A DNA stretch of 64,000 nucleotides from assembly GCA_902511025.1 (NCBI GenBank), contig CABXDP010000002.1, positions 1,466 through 65,465 on the forward strand, given 5' to 3'. The notes below the pieces were generated by a model, which did no database searches, was not told where the DNA came from, and saw nothing but the letters and a program-made list of their open reading frames with translations. Position 1 is the first letter of the stretch. Every line of letters starts with the position of its first letter. This DNA comes from an uncultured Gammaproteobacteria bacterium (GTDB taxonomy: Bacteria > Pseudomonadota > Gammaproteobacteria > PS1 > Pseudothioglobaceae). Made by a program: the position numbers and the translations under genes. Below, one piece after another: positions 8,736 through 17,923 of the stretch.

Positions 8736-9752
8736 TTAAACTCTCAAGCGTCTACTTCTTCTCTGCTTAATGGGCTTGGAATCGTCGCCCTGAAAGATTA
8801 ATTTTGATCCCTCAGACATAAAACCAACCCTGTCTTCAATTTCTTGGAGTGTTGGCGGCGGCGAAACACTATGCCGATCCATTGCTTTTCGCATAGCCCT
8901 GACATGATCAAAACTGGTTCCGCAACAACCCCCAATAATCTTGGCGCCAGAGTTCATGGCAATCTGCACATACCGCGACATGAGCTCTTCTGTTCCTGAG
9001 TACATAATACTGCCATTCACAAACTCTGGAATGCCGCAGTTGGCTTTTGAAATGACAATCGTTCCAGGGTCAACATTTTTTGAAATATCATTAATGGTTG
9101 CCAACAGATCTGGCGCTCCAATTCCGCAGTTAGCTCCAAACCCACTCAGATTTAAATCCTTAGATCTTTTGGCAAGGTTGGAGGGGGTAATACCCATCAT
9201 CGTTTTTCCTGCAGTATCAAAACTCATTGTTGCGCAGACTGGAAGCCCAATATCCTTGACCGCTTCCATTGCAGCTTCTAACTCTTCCATAGCGTACATG
9301 GTCTCAAGCCAGAGCACATCAACGCCTCCCTCTGCAAGACCCTCCGCTTGAGCTTTAAAGGCATCCGCTGCCTCCTTCGGAGTCATCAGCCCATGAGGCT
9401 CAATCATCTCACCTGTAGGTCCCATTGCTCCTGCAACAATGACCTGTCTGTCAGCCTGATCCGCTACCTCTCTGGCAATCTGTCCTGCTGCTTTGTTGAG
9501 TTCAAAAACCCTCGTTTCAAGATTATGTAATTTGAGTCTGAAAGATGTACCACCAAAACTATTGGTTAAGAATAAATCAGATCCAGCATCAACAAACCCT
9601 TGATGTAAAGCGCGTATTCGATCTTTGTGATCTACATTCCATGGCTCCGGAGGATCACCAGTCTCGAGACCCATCCCAAACAAGTTCGTTCCAGTTGCCC
9701 CATCAGCCAGAATGTGGCTTTTTTCCTCAAGGATTTTTAAAAAATTATTCAT
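8736..9752 (-). CDS. bmt: Betaine-homocysteine S-methyltransferase / homocysteine S-methyltransferase domain protein
   Basis: LADGATGTNLF, TNSFGG, GANCG, IIGGCCGT Zn motifs; stand-alone domain with a basic RRSRR tail. Confidence 0.8.
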   Translation of the reverse strand: MNNFLKILEEKSHILADGATGTNLFGMGLETGDPPEPWNVDHKDRIRALHQGFVDAGSDLFLTNSFGGTSFRLKLHNLETRVFELNKAAGQIAREVADQADRQVIVAGAMGPTGEMIEPHGLMTPKEAADAFKAQAEGLAEGGVDVLWLETMYAMEELEAAMEAVKDIGLPVCATMSFDTAGKTMMGITPSNLAKRSKDLNLSGFGANCGIGAPDLLATINDISKNVDPGTIVISKANCGIPEFVNGSIMYSGTEELMSRYVQIAMNSGAKIIGGCCGTSFDHVRAMRKAMDRHSVSPPPTLQEIEDRVGFMSEGSKLIFQGDDSKPIKQRRSRRLRV

Positions 9753-10168
9753 CTCAAATGATTTGATTGAGTCCCATTAAAATTTAAAAAAGATTGTACT
9801 AATTATTCAATTAGACTCATACTTGGCTTTTTATTAAGGAATTTTTTATCTGAGCTTTAGTCATTTTGGATAATTTTTTTTTATAGATCCTTTTCTAAAT
9901 AGAAAATAATTCAAAACCTACATCTAAGTTTTATATTTTTTATCTAGAATTCCCTACAATTTGTAATACAAATTTTTCAATAATTATTCAATGGTTGTAG
10001 CTAATCTCTATATAATTTGACTTAAAAAATTAAACTCACAAATTGTGAACATTTTAATTAAACAGCAAATGCAAAATTGCATGCTAATAATCAGCACGAT
10101 TAGCGAATTTCACCTGTATCACAAAATTAAAAAGTATCACAAATCTCCCTACATAAATCAAAGGAATA

Positions 10169-12865
10169 ATGAAAGAGAATTCTAACTCGCATGAGGATGT
10201 GGTCAGTCGCTTTATAAGTTATGGCGAATCGAATTTTGAATCAAATGTAGCCCAGACTAGACCTACGCAAAGTGCTGCTCAACTTGGCGTTTTAAGACTT
10301 ATCTATGCGTTTCGATTCTCTGGTCATCTAAGAGCTAAGTTAGATCCGCTTCAAAGGCCTAGACACCACTCGACCCCTCCTTTCACTTTAGAAGAGTTTG
10401 GACTCAATGAGTCGGATTTAGATAAAACGTTTGATATGGGCTCCTATAAAGGCCCAAACTGCAACACACTCAGAGAACTATTTGACTCGCTCAACAAAAC
10501 CTACTGCAGTAGCCTTGGAGTTGAGTATATGCACATTCCAAACCTCGAAGAAAGAAAGTGGATCCAAACCAAGATTGAAACCATGTCACTGGAGAGCGGC
10601 AATACTCCAGAATACAAAAAATGGCTACTCCAAAGAATCACGGCTGCAGAGGTCTTCGAGAAATTCCTTCACAATAAGTATGTTGGTCAAAAACGGTTTT
10701 CATTAGAGGGAAGTGATACCCTGATTCCGCTTTTGAACGTTTTGATTGAGCATTCGGGTGAACACGCGATGAAGAGGATTTGTCTTGGAATGGCTCATAG
10801 AGGAAGGCTTAACGTGCTCATCAATATTATGGGCAAAAGGGCAGAGAATCTTTTTAAGGAGTTCGCAGGCGATCTTGGCCTCAGTAAAAAACAAACGGGA
10901 GACGTTAAATACCACCAAGGCTTTTCGTCAGACATTCAAACTTCAAAGAAAGATGTTCACCTTGCTCTCATGTTTAATCCCTCTCATCTCGAGCTGGTGA
11001 ATCCAGTAATTGAAGGTTATGCGCGTTATCATCAAGATAAAAATGACGAGTCAGAAAGGCAACAAATTCTTCCAGTTCTCATTCATGGAGATGCCGCCTT
11101 CTCTGGACAGGGAGTGGTCATGGAGACGCTCAACATGTCCCAGTCAAGAGGCTACAGGACTCAGGGAACGGTTCATATCATTATTAATAACCAGATTGGC
11201 TTTACAACCTCCAAACAGGATGATGCCAGGTCAACAGACTACTGCACGGATGTTGTTAAGATGATCAATGCGCCTGTATTTCATGTCAACGCTGAAGATC
11301 CTGAAATGGTGAGCTATATTACAAAGCTAGCACTGGACTATCGGATGCGCTACAAGAAGGATGTCGTTGTTGATTTGATGTGCTATCGGAGACACGGTCA
11401 TAACGAGGCTGATGAGCCTGCGGTAACTCAGCCGCTCATGTATGAGGCGATTCGAAATCTACCAACCACCAGAGTCAATTATGCAGCATCCTTGATGAAG
11501 CAAGGCGTCATAACTCAGAGTGAGGTAGACGCTATGGTCAAAGATTACCGCAAAGAACTTAAGGATGGAAACCGAGTCGCTTACAACATTTTAGAGCCAA
11601 AAAATAAAAGGGCCTGGCAACTTCTCTGGGCGGACTACTTTGATGTTACTTGGCATGACCCCTATGAATCAGCGATTAGTAAAAAGCGCATTAAAGATCT
11701 GAACAAAAAACTACAACAAATTCCTGATGGATTTGAAATTCATCCGCGCGTTAAAAAAATAATGCAGGATAGGCAAAAAATGGCGGATGGCAAAATTAAT
11801 GCTGACTGGGGTTTCGCAGAAACATTGGCCTATGCCAGCCTGACAGAGAGTGGTGTTCCGATTAGATTAACCGGTCAGGACTGCGGAAGAGGAACATTCT
11901 TTCATAGAAATGCGGTCCTTCACAATCAGCTTGTCAATGAACAGTACACCCCGCTCAAAAATATGAGTGAAAAACAAGGCAGAGTTCAAATCTATGACTC
12001 AATCTTATCTGAGGAAGCCGCTTTAGGATTCGAATATGGTTATGCTACAGCCAACCCAGAATCACTTGTCATTTGGGAGGCCCAGTTTGGTGACTTTGTC
12101 AATGGTGCTCAAGCTATCATTGACCAGTTTATATCTTCTGGAGAGGCCAAATGGGGCCGCCTTTCAAACCTCGTTATGCTTCTGCCTCATGGTCTTGAGG
12201 GGCAAGGACCTGAGCACTCTTCAGGTCGGCTTGAGCGCTTTCTTCAGCTTTGTGCCAGTCACAACATGCAGGTCTGTGTGCCATCGACTGCTGCGCAGAT
12301 ATTTCATCTCATGAGAAGACAGATATTGAGAAAGTATCGAGCGCCGCTCATTATCATGACGCCAAAGAGCTTACTCAGAAATCCCCTGGCCTCTTCACCC
12401 CTCTTTAGGTTTACAGATGAAAAATTTAAAGTTGTCATTGAAGAGCGCTATGACAATATCAAACCCAAGAAGGTTGATAGAGTTGTTCTTTGTGGTGGTA
12501 AAGTTTTCTATGAACTATTAACTAGGCGTCAAGATGATCAGCTCAATAATGTAGCAATTCTCAGAGTCGAGCAGCTTTACCCGTTCCCTCACGAAGCGCT
12601 CACATTTGAAATTAAGAAGTTTACGAATGCTAAGGATATTATTTGGTGCCAGGAAGAACCTATCAACCAAGGTGCATGGTACACATCCAGACATAACTTT
12701 ATGAGAAATCTTACCAAAGGACAAACCCTTCATGTTGTTGCGCGTGATCTCTACGCTGCCCCTGCAGAAGGCAGTGTCAGACTTCACAACATCAATCAGA
12801 GTCATATCATTGAAAAAGCATTAGGTATTCAGCCTATAGATAAAGCCAGGAGCGTTAAAAAATGA
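10169..12865 (+). CDS. sucA: 2-oxoglutarate dehydrogenase E1 (N-terminally shortened)
   Basis: [42 protein letters not shown]; AAGGA RBS. Confidence 0.97.
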   Translation: MKENSNSHEDVVSRFISYGESNFESNVAQTRPTQSAAQLGVLRLIYAFRFSGHLRAKLDPLQRPRHHSTPPFTLEEFGLNESDLDKTFDMGSYKGPNCNTLRELFDSLNKTYCSSLGVEYMHIPNLEERKWIQTKIETMSLESGNTPEYKKWLLQRITAAEVFEKFLHNKYVGQKRFSLEGSDTLIPLLNVLIEHSGEHAMKRICLGMAHRGRLNVLINIMGKRAENLFKEFAGDLGLSKKQTGDVKYHQGFSSDIQTSKKDVHLALMFNPSHLELVNPVIEGYARYHQDKNDESERQQILPVLIHGDAAFSGQGVVMETLNMSQSRGYRTQGTVHIIINNQIGFTTSKQDDARSTDYCTDVVKMINAPVFHVNAEDPEMVSYITKLALDYRMRYKKDVVVDLMCYRRHGHNEADEPAVTQPLMYEAIRNLPTTRVNYAASLMKQGVITQSEVDAMVKDYRKELKDGNRVAYNILEPKNKRAWQLLWADYFDVTWHDPYESAISKKRIKDLNKKLQQIPDGFEIHPRVKKIMQDRQKMADGKINADWGFAETLAYASLTESGVPIRLTGQDCGRGTFFHRNAVLHNQLVNEQYTPLKNMSEKQGRVQIYDSILSEEAALGFEYGYATANPESLVIWEAQFGDFVNGAQAIIDQFISSGEAKWGRLSNLVMLLPHGLEGQGPEHSSGRLERFLQLCASHNMQVCVPSTAAQIFHLMRRQILRKYRAPLIIMTPKSLLRNPLASSPLFRFTDEKFKVVIEERYDNIKPKKVDRVVLCGGKVFYELLTRRQDDQLNNVAILRVEQLYPFPHEALTFEIKKFTNAKDIIWCQEEPINQGAWYTSRHNFMRNLTKGQTLHVVARDLYAAPAEGSVRLHNINQSHIIEKALGIQPIDKARSVKK

Positions 12866-13989
12866 AAGAAATAAAAGTACCTGTTTTGCCAGAATCAATA
12901 ACCGAGGCAACGGTTGCCGCATGGCACAAAAAACCAGGTGACTATGTTGAACTGGACGATGTGATTGTTGAAATAGAGACGGATAAAGTGGTTTTAGAAG
13001 TTCCTGCAGAAGAGTCTGGCGTTCTTAGTGAGATTACAGCTGAAGAAGGAGAAACCGTATCTGAGCAACAGGTTCTTGGTCTTATTGATGATGAGGCTGA
13101 TTCAGGAGATACAAAATCTTCTGAGACTATAGATAAGTCTGAGGAAAAAGAGGCGGCAAGCCCTACCTCAGAAAATAATGAGCCTGAAGCTCAAGAGCAA
13201 GAGACACATGTAGAAGAGAAAGTAACAGAGGCTCCTATTGAAAGTCCTAAGCCTTCTCCTGAGCCCATTTCTCCAAAGCAAACAGGCAATCGAATGGAAG
13301 AGAGGGTTCCTATGACCCGAATTCGAAAGACGATCGCCAACAAGCTTCACTCAGCGACGCAAAACACAGCTATGCTGACCACCTTTAATGAGGTTGATAT
13401 GACTGAGATACTCTCCATGAGAGCGAGCTTTAAAGAGGCCTTTGAGAAGAAGTATTCTGTTAAGTTGGGCTTTATGTCTTTCTTTGTTAAGGCTGCTGTA
13501 GAGTCTCTCAAAAAGTTTCCAACGGTTAATGCCTACATTGATGGCGAGGATATTGTCTATCATGCTTACTGTGACGTTTCTGTGGCAGTTTCTTCTGATC
13601 GTGGCCTGGTCGTTCCAGTGCTTCGTGATGCCCATAAAATGGGCATGCATGACATTGAGAAAGGCATTGTAGACTTTGCTGTTCGTGCCCAAGATGGAAC
13701 ACTAGGCATTGAAGAAATGAGCGGGGGTACCTTTACCATATCCAACGGCGGGGTCTTTGGCTCACTTATGTCTACTCCGATCTTGAATTCACCGCAAAGC
13801 GCTATTCTTGGCATGCATAAAACTCAGGATCGCCCTGTCGCTGTGAATGGAGAAGTTGTCATCAGGCCAATGATGTATATTGCATTGTCTTATGACCACA
13901 GAATAATTGACGGTAAAGAAGCGGTACAATTCTTAATCTCAATCAAGGAAGCCCTAGAGGATCCAGCAAGACTGTTGCTAAAAGTTTAA
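12862..13989 (+). CDS. sucB: Dihydrolipoamide succinyltransferase E2 (no E3-binding domain)
   Basis: Lipoyl domain ETDKVVLEV, catalytic [10 protein letters not shown]; ATGA overlap with sucA. Confidence 0.97.
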   Translation: MKEIKVPVLPESITEATVAAWHKKPGDYVELDDVIVEIETDKVVLEVPAEESGVLSEITAEEGETVSEQQVLGLIDDEADSGDTKSSETIDKSEEKEAASPTSENNEPEAQEQETHVEEKVTEAPIESPKPSPEPISPKQTGNRMEERVPMTRIRKTIANKLHSATQNTAMLTTFNEVDMTEILSMRASFKEAFEKKYSVKLGFMSFFVKAAVESLKKFPTVNAYIDGEDIVYHAYCDVSVAVSSDRGLVVPVLRDAHKMGMHDIEKGIVDFAVRAQDGTLGIEEMSGGTFTISNGGVFGSLMSTPILNSPQSAILGMHKTQDRPVAVNGEVVIRPMMYIALSYDHRIIDGKEAVQFLISIKEALEDPARLLLKV

Positions 13990-14034
13990 TCTCGTAATAT
14001 AATTCGCTCAAATTAAGTATTAGGGGAGTATTTA

Positions 14035-14826
14035 ATGAGCAGTTTAAAAGAAGATTACGAAAAGAATGGTTTTTATTCGCCGATCTCTGTCATCGATACA
14101 TCTCTTGCACGAGAGTATCGTAACATCCTTGAGAAAACTGAATCAAACATTGAGTTACTAAACTATCGCTACAAGATTCATACTGCGCTTGATTTCGCTT
14201 ACCAACTAGCAATCAATGAAAATCTCTTGGATAAGATTGAGTCTCTCATAGGACCCAACATTCTGCTTTATAACACTTCATTTGTCATCAAGGAGCCGCA
14301 CTCTAAAACACACATCAGTTGGCATCAAGATTTGACCTATTGGGGTTTTAACGCCGAGAAACAGGTGGCTGCTTGGGTCGCCCTGTCTGATGCAACTGAG
14401 GAGAATGGGTGCATGCACATGATTCCTGGAAGCCACAAAAATGGAAAAATTCCTCATAGAACTACGGTTGACATACACAACCTTCTTCATCATGGCCAAA
14501 CGATTGAAAATGTCTCTGAAAGTGATTCGGTAAGCGTCCCATTAAAGGCTGGAGAGGCCTCTCTTCATCACGGCTGGACAATGCACACCTCGTACCCAAA
14601 TGAAAGCAGTAATCGAAGAATTGGATTAACCATAAATTACATTTCTACGGACATGTATCAGACTCAAACTGATAATGACTCAGCCATGCTAGTGAGGGGT
14701 GTTGATGAATATAAGCATTTTGCAATGGACGAGCCTCCGACCCAGGAGTTTGATGAGGCTGCCTGGATTAAGTTACAACAAAAAGAGGCGCTCATTCATC
14801 AAACTTACAACAAAATGAAAACATAA
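14035..14826 (+). CDS. Phytanoyl-CoA dioxygenase (PhyH) family Fe(II)/2-oxoglutarate dioxygenase
   Basis: SWHQD..W, ENGCMHMIPGSH, H.S.PN.S..RR motifs. Confidence 0.9.
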   Translation: MSSLKEDYEKNGFYSPISVIDTSLAREYRNILEKTESNIELLNYRYKIHTALDFAYQLAINENLLDKIESLIGPNILLYNTSFVIKEPHSKTHISWHQDLTYWGFNAEKQVAAWVALSDATEENGCMHMIPGSHKNGKIPHRTTVDIHNLLHHGQTIENVSESDSVSVPLKAGEASLHHGWTMHTSYPNESSNRRIGLTINYISTDMYQTQTDNDSAMLVRGVDEYKHFAMDEPPTQEFDEAAWIKLQQKEALIHQTYNKMKT

Positions 14827-14840
14827 CAATCTCATTCAAC

Positions 14841-14882
14841 AAAAAAAGGGCAGTATTTACATACCGCCCTTTTCGTTTTTTT
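14841..14882. terminator. Bidirectional rho-independent terminator
   Basis: A7-GGGCAGTAT-ttac-ATACCGCCC-TTTT between convergent genes. Confidence 0.8.
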
Positions 14883-14897
14883 ACTTTTTACAGATTT

Positions 14898-15077
14898 TTA
14901 CTTGTAGTGATCCTGCTCGTCAGAGTTGCCTTTAACTAAGACTCCTACTAACATTACCGTAGCAATCACTGTCCACCAGCCAGCGGCTGATGAACCAGCA
15001 CCGATATACATGCCCATGTCCATCCAAGCACCATCAGCATCCATAAGCTCTGTAAAAGATTCAGCAAAATATCCCAT
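14898..15077 (-). CDS. Unannotated 59-aa single-pass membrane protein co-transcribed with amt
   Basis: MGYFAESFTELMDADGAWMDMGMYIGAGSSAAGWWTVIATVMLVGVLVKGNSDEQDHYK*; AAGGAG RBS; starts 18 nt after the amt stop and ends just before the terminator. Confidence 0.8.
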   Translation of the reverse strand: MGYFAESFTELMDADGAWMDMGMYIGAGSSAAGWWTVIATVMLVGVLVKGNSDEQDHYK

Positions 15078-15095
15078 ATTAATTCTCCTTAAAAA

Positions 15096-16499
15096 TTAAG
15101 ATTCAGATTCAGGGCTCGCCATACCTTGAGGGTATGCCTGTGCAGGAACTTTCACTGCATCAAGTCCTCTTTCTTGAACTGCGTCTGGGATACGTAACAT
15201 GCCAGCTTTGTTCACTATCCAAGACACAATGTATCCTGGAACAAAACCTAGTAAGAACATGACAACTGCACCGACAATTTGGCCAAATAGGCTAATTGCA
15301 ACAGTATCTTCTGGAGCAAAAGCGCCAAGTCCTGGAACACCAGAACCCAGAATACCAAGCATTACAACGCCAAATAGTCCAATCGTTCCGTGAACCGTAA
15401 CACAACCAACAGCATCATCGATACCAAGACCCTCTAGCCAGTCCGCACACGGCTTAAGAATAATACCAGCAAGGATAGAAACAGCTATAACCGTTGAACC
15501 AAAGTACACATCAAGACCCGAGGCTACAGAAATAATACCTGCTAGACAGCCAGACATCATCCAGAAAGGATCTCTAGTCATAACCCAAGCACCAATAATA
15601 CCGCCAGCAGCAGCTAGAGGAACGTTAAATGCTAGTGCCGAAAGTGTCATTGGAGTACCATAAATGGTAGTCGCTCTGTCACTATACCAACTCCAACCTT
15701 CTCCAGGCAGAATGATACAAGCCATTAGGAATCCGAAGAATCCAACAATAATCAGCATTAAGCCAGTTACTGTAAGTGGCATGTTGTGACCTGCCAGATG
15801 ATTCGCAGAGCCGTCAGCGTTGAATTTTCCTACACGTGGGCCCAAGTTCAATAGAACACCCAGCGCGAAGAATCCAGCGACAGCGTGCACAAGACCAGCA
15901 GCACCAAAGTCGTGATAACCAAACTCAGTGACTAACCATCCGTCAGCGTGCCATCCCCATGCCGCTGCAATACCCCATGCGGCGGTACCTAGCACAACCG
16001 CACAGATTACAAAACCTACGGTTTGTATTCTCTCGATTAGTGCACCAGAGGCAATCGACGCAGTTGTTGCCGCGAATAGAGCAAAAGCACCCCAGAATAC
16101 GCCTGACGCATTGTCACCCATATTTGGTCCCATGTACTGAGCAGAATCGCCCCAGGCCCATGCGATAGCATTTGCATACTCTAGACCTGATATCTCCATA
16201 TAGCCGGCACCAGCACTAAAGTCTAATGGCCAAGTTGGCAGGGCAAAGTAGAACCACCAACCAAATAGGTACCATGCAGCAATTGTAAACGCGAACGCGA
16301 GTAAATTTTTAACACCCGATGACAGTACATTCTGCAAGCGAGTAGCACCCATCTCATAGAGAAGGAAGCCAGCATGAATGAGAACCATCAAAGGAATTGT
16401 TACGTAATAGTACGCCTCAGCAAACATCCTGTTTGTGACCTCGGCAGCACCTTTTATAGCGGCTACTTCAGCCGTTAAAGCTAATATTTGATCTTCCAA
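15096..16499 (-). CDS. amt: Amt/Mep/Rh-family transporter, atypical (possible methylammonium transporter)
   Basis: SGALIERI, YHDFGAAGLVH, LGPRVGKF, IDDAVGCVTVHG (twin His retained); TTG start after AAGGAG. Confidence 0.9.
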   Translation of the reverse strand: MEDQILALTAEVAAIKGAAEVTNRMFAEAYYYVTIPLMVLIHAGFLLYEMGATRLQNVLSSGVKNLLAFAFTIAAWYLFGWWFYFALPTWPLDFSAGAGYMEISGLEYANAIAWAWGDSAQYMGPNMGDNASGVFWGAFALFAATTASIASGALIERIQTVGFVICAVVLGTAAWGIAAAWGWHADGWLVTEFGYHDFGAAGLVHAVAGFFALGVLLNLGPRVGKFNADGSANHLAGHNMPLTVTGLMLIIVGFFGFLMACIILPGEGWSWYSDRATTIYGTPMTLSALAFNVPLAAAGGIIGAWVMTRDPFWMMSGCLAGIISVASGLDVYFGSTVIAVSILAGIILKPCADWLEGLGIDDAVGCVTVHGTIGLFGVVMLGILGSGVPGLGAFAPEDTVAISLFGQIVGAVVMFLLGFVPGYIVSWIVNKAGMLRIPDAVQERGLDAVKVPAQAYPQGMASPESES

Positions 16500-16540
16500 A
16501 ACATTATCTCCTTTTTTAGTTTAATCAATCTCTCTCCGTT

Positions 16541-16575
16541 TTTACTTGTAGGAAATTTTATATCCCTACAAGGAA
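16541..16575. promoter_or_regulatory. Tandem pseudo-palindromic operator upstream of amt
   Basis: TTACT-TGT-AGGAA (16542-16554) and TCCCT-ACA-AGGAA (16563-16575), each one mismatch from TTCCT-N3-AGGAA, with starts 21 bp apart. Confidence 0.55.
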
Positions 16576-16746
16576 CGAGTATATAGAAAGTAGTTCATCA
16601 AATCTATAAAAATTATCTTTAAATTGGTTAAAAAATAGAAACTTTATAAAGATATGTATGAAAGAACAACTGGTAATCAAAATATAAAAAATCAAATATT
16701 TTTTATACTAGATTTCAAATTGAACGGTATTGATAAAAATTCTTAT

Positions 16747-17319
16747 TTAACTGCCATACAGATCGACTATGCTGATGACTTGTCGCTTAAAGTCATCCTC
16801 GTAATGCTCTGCAAATTCCTCAAGCGTTGTTAGTGAACTCGAGTCTGACATTCGATCGGTATAGATGAGTCCATCGAGATGGTCGAGCTCATGCTGAAAG
16901 GTTCCAGCGCTGATTCCTTTGGAAGTAAAGCTGAGCTTTTTGCCTTTACGGTCAAGTGCCTCAATTAAGATTTCAGGACAGCGATCGACCTTGCCTCTCA
17001 TATTGGGGACTGAAAGGCATCCTTCAAAGACGTTGATTCTGTCTTTAGTTAGAAAGTTGACTTTTGGATTAATTAAAACAGTTAATGGAATGTCTGGTTT
17101 GTAGGGGTAGCGAGGGTTTTTTTTCACTTCAATCACGCAGATTCTTTTATGAACAGCGATTTGAGTTGCCGCAAGGCCGGCGCCATTAGCATCCCTCATA
17201 GTCTCAATAAGGTCATCGATGAGTGTTTGAATCTCAGCAGAATGAATTGCATCACTATCAACGGTTTCTGCCACTTGACGAAGCGCTGGGTTTCCAATGT
17301 GAACGATTTTTCTAATCAT
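16747..17319 (-). CDS. def: Peptide deformylase (not linked to fmt, probably a paralog)
   Basis: GAGLAATQI, EGCLS, QHELDH motifs. Confidence 0.95.
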   Translation of the reverse strand: MIRKIVHIGNPALRQVAETVDSDAIHSAEIQTLIDDLIETMRDANGAGLAATQIAVHKRICVIEVKKNPRYPYKPDIPLTVLINPKVNFLTKDRINVFEGCLSVPNMRGKVDRCPEILIEALDRKGKKLSFTSKGISAGTFQHELDHLDGLIYTDRMSDSSSLTTLEEFAEHYEDDFKRQVISIVDLYGS

Positions 17320-17350
17320 AGCTTTAGAGAACTGATCCTATGTAAGGGAT

Positions 17351-17482
17351 CTAAATAAAATTTACAACAAGAATTAAAAGCAGCAACAAGCTTGCGACCC
17401 AAAACAATTGATAAGCCTTGCTCATAATGCCGCGAATATCTCTCAGCTCTCTAATAATTTTATCTACCTGATCATCGTTCAT
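17351..17482 (-). CDS. Unannotated 43-aa protein with C-terminal transmembrane helix
   Basis: MNDDQVDKIIRELRDIRGIMSKAYQLFWVASLLLLLILVVNFI*; AAGGA RBS; fills the gap between two same-strand genes. Confidence 0.65.
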   Translation of the reverse strand: MNDDQVDKIIRELRDIRGIMSKAYQLFWVASLLLLLILVVNFI

Positions 17483-17507
17483 AGTCAAAGTCCTTTTTAT
17501 TTAAAAT

Positions 17508-17852
17508 TTAATAGGGGCAATTTTTACAACCATTATTGCAGCATTCGCCCTGCTTTACGAGGTACCATTTACTGAAAACATAAAGTCCGTTGTCAACAGT
17601 ATAGTCTACGTTTTTAATTAGTTTCGTTTGGGAGCGGTATGGCTCAACAAATTTCTGAAAGCTCTCCATGCCCTTTTCCTCCACTAAAAAATCTATCCGA
17701 TCATTGATTGCTAATCCAAGGCAGGATGGACAAAAGCAGTCCTCTTCAAGAGTTGGAGACATTACTGGAGGAAAGACCATGCACCAGCAGCTTCCAGTTC
17801 CAGCACCACATCCAAATTCCTGATCACATTTTGAGCAATTCTTAGCTGTCAT
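17508..17852 (-). CDS. Cysteine-rich CWC-family / DUF5522-like fusion protein
   Basis: CSKC..FGC...SCWC and CFCPSCL at the N-terminus; YVF..WYL...GECCNNGCKNCPY at the C-terminus. Confidence 0.75.
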   Translation of the reverse strand: MTAKNCSKCDQEFGCGAGTGSCWCMVFPPVMSPTLEEDCFCPSCLGLAINDRIDFLVEEKGMESFQKFVEPYRSQTKLIKNVDYTVDNGLYVFSKWYLVKQGECCNNGCKNCPY

Positions 17853-17923
17853 TTTTTCAGTTGAAACTAAATTTTTTAATATTTTAGAGCATTACATTCA
17901 AAAAAATATTCTATCAAATGTAT

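Noticed and set aside
9753-9900. SAM-type riboswitch upstream of bmt
   Set aside because: Expected by analogy to other marine bacteria, but I could not find SAM-II, SAM-V or SAM-SAH consensus elements by eye; an Rfam scan would settle it.
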